Both the position numbers and the translations under genes were made by a program. The notes under the pieces were generated by a model, which saw only the letters and a list, made by a program, of their open reading frames with translations, had not been told where the DNA came from and searched no databases. A stretch of 64,000 bases of DNA from Nymphaea colorata (lineage: Eukaryota), in the NCBI RefSeq assembly GCF_008831285.2, contig NC_045138.2:40238001-40302000 (forward strand). The letters run 5' to 3'. This document shows, in pieces, positions 63,016 through 64,000 of this stretch. The number at the start of each line of letters is the position of its first letter. The stretch's first letter is position 1.

Positions 63016-63585
63016 ATGGTCCCTCTCAAACACGAGCAGGACACGGAGCTCCCCCTTGATGAGAACGACTCCGGCGACATGGTTCTCTACAATATGCTGA
63101 ACGAGGCCAGGAGCAGCGGGTGGACGCCGGAGAAAGATAACAGGCGGGCGCACAAGGCCCCCCAGCGTCAGAACTCCGGCGAGCGGCATTACCGGGGGGT
63201 GCGGAGGCGGCCGTGGGGCAAGTTCGCGGCGGAGATCAGGGACTCGAACCGCCAGGGGGCGCGAGTCTGGTTGGGCACCTTCGACACCGCTGAGGAAGCC
63301 GCCTTAGCCTATGACAAGGCCGCATTTCAGATGCGTGGCGCGAAGGCCCTGCTCAATTTCCCGGCCAAGCTGCAGGCACCCGAGACTCAGCCGCCGTCGT
63401 GTTCTGATGCTGAATCACAAGTTTACGACTCTTCCAGTAGCGGAGTCCCCGCGCAGATGTGTTCAAGTTTCCAGCAGGGGAGCTGGCCGGGATCCAGCAG
63501 TGGGTCGGTGACGGAACTTCACGACCTGGGCTCAAATTATACATATTACGCAGAGGGTTTCTTTGGTTATCCAAGCCATGGATGA
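63016..63585 (+). CDS. Ethylene-responsive transcription factor (AP2/ERF, group IX, ERF1/ERF2-like), intronless, 189 aa
   Basis: AP2 domain [59 protein letters not shown] with ERF-type Ala14/Asp19; N-terminal group-IX motif [14 protein letters not shown]. Confidence 0.95.
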   Translation: MVPLKHEQDTELPLDENDSGDMVLYNMLNEARSSGWTPEKDNRRAHKAPQRQNSGERHYRGVRRRPWGKFAAEIRDSNRQGARVWLGTFDTAEEAALAYDKAAFQMRGAKALLNFPAKLQAPETQPPSCSDAESQVYDSSSSGVPAQMCSSFQQGSWPGSSSGSVTELHDLGSNYTYYAEGFFGYPSHG

Positions 63586-64000
63586 AGCTAAGATCCAGCA
63601 ACAGAGCTCCCAACTGAAGGCTCTTCAGATACGTGATACTGCTTTGTGTTGTGCCTCTATTTCAATTTGTGGGTTATGGGCGGTGTTGAGAATGAACGGT
63701 TTTTGTATATTATATATGCTAAGGTTAGAGAACATTGCAGGTATATATTTCTTTAGGGCTCTGCCCCTGATTAATAAAGTGTGAGTAGTAAGTACTACTT
63801 TGATCCACTTGAGCTGCCATTTTTTCCCAGCTAATAGCAACTGAAGAGTTTACTCATTTCTAAAAAACAGCTCCAATATTTGTTCGCAAACATGTGTATA
63901 AGCATGATTTCGAATCTCTTGCCTGAGGCTGATCGGAATTATGTGAAACCCACTATCGAAGCAAGCAAGCAAACGGCGGTCAGCTGCAGACTAGCTCATC

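Overview
Flowering-plant nuclear DNA (spliceosomal GT-AG introns, (GA)n/(TA)n microsatellites, plant-specific gene families); the species cannot be established from the sequence alone. Seven protein-coding genes can be modelled. Three are 5-exon GDSL esterase/lipase genes on + (a tandem pair resembling Arabidopsis At5g45960 and a third resembling At5g45950, by recall). The others are a short glucosidase II beta-subunit-like gene (-), a WOX9-type homeobox gene (-), an LBD2-like LOB-domain gene (+) and an intronless group-IX ERF gene (+). A 4.8-kb degenerate Ty1/Copia retrotransposon with two 290-bp LTRs and a GAATG target-site duplication lies just after the second GDSL gene. There are also TRIM-like remnants and several MITE families. 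No clearly new biological system is demonstrable. The best leads are a possibly ancient GDSL-GDSL-WOX8/9 linkage, a membrane-anchored 'G2B-domain-only' protein, unusual WOX9 3' splicing options, a hidden 3-exon LBD model, and three perfect palindromes centred on (TA)n tracts.
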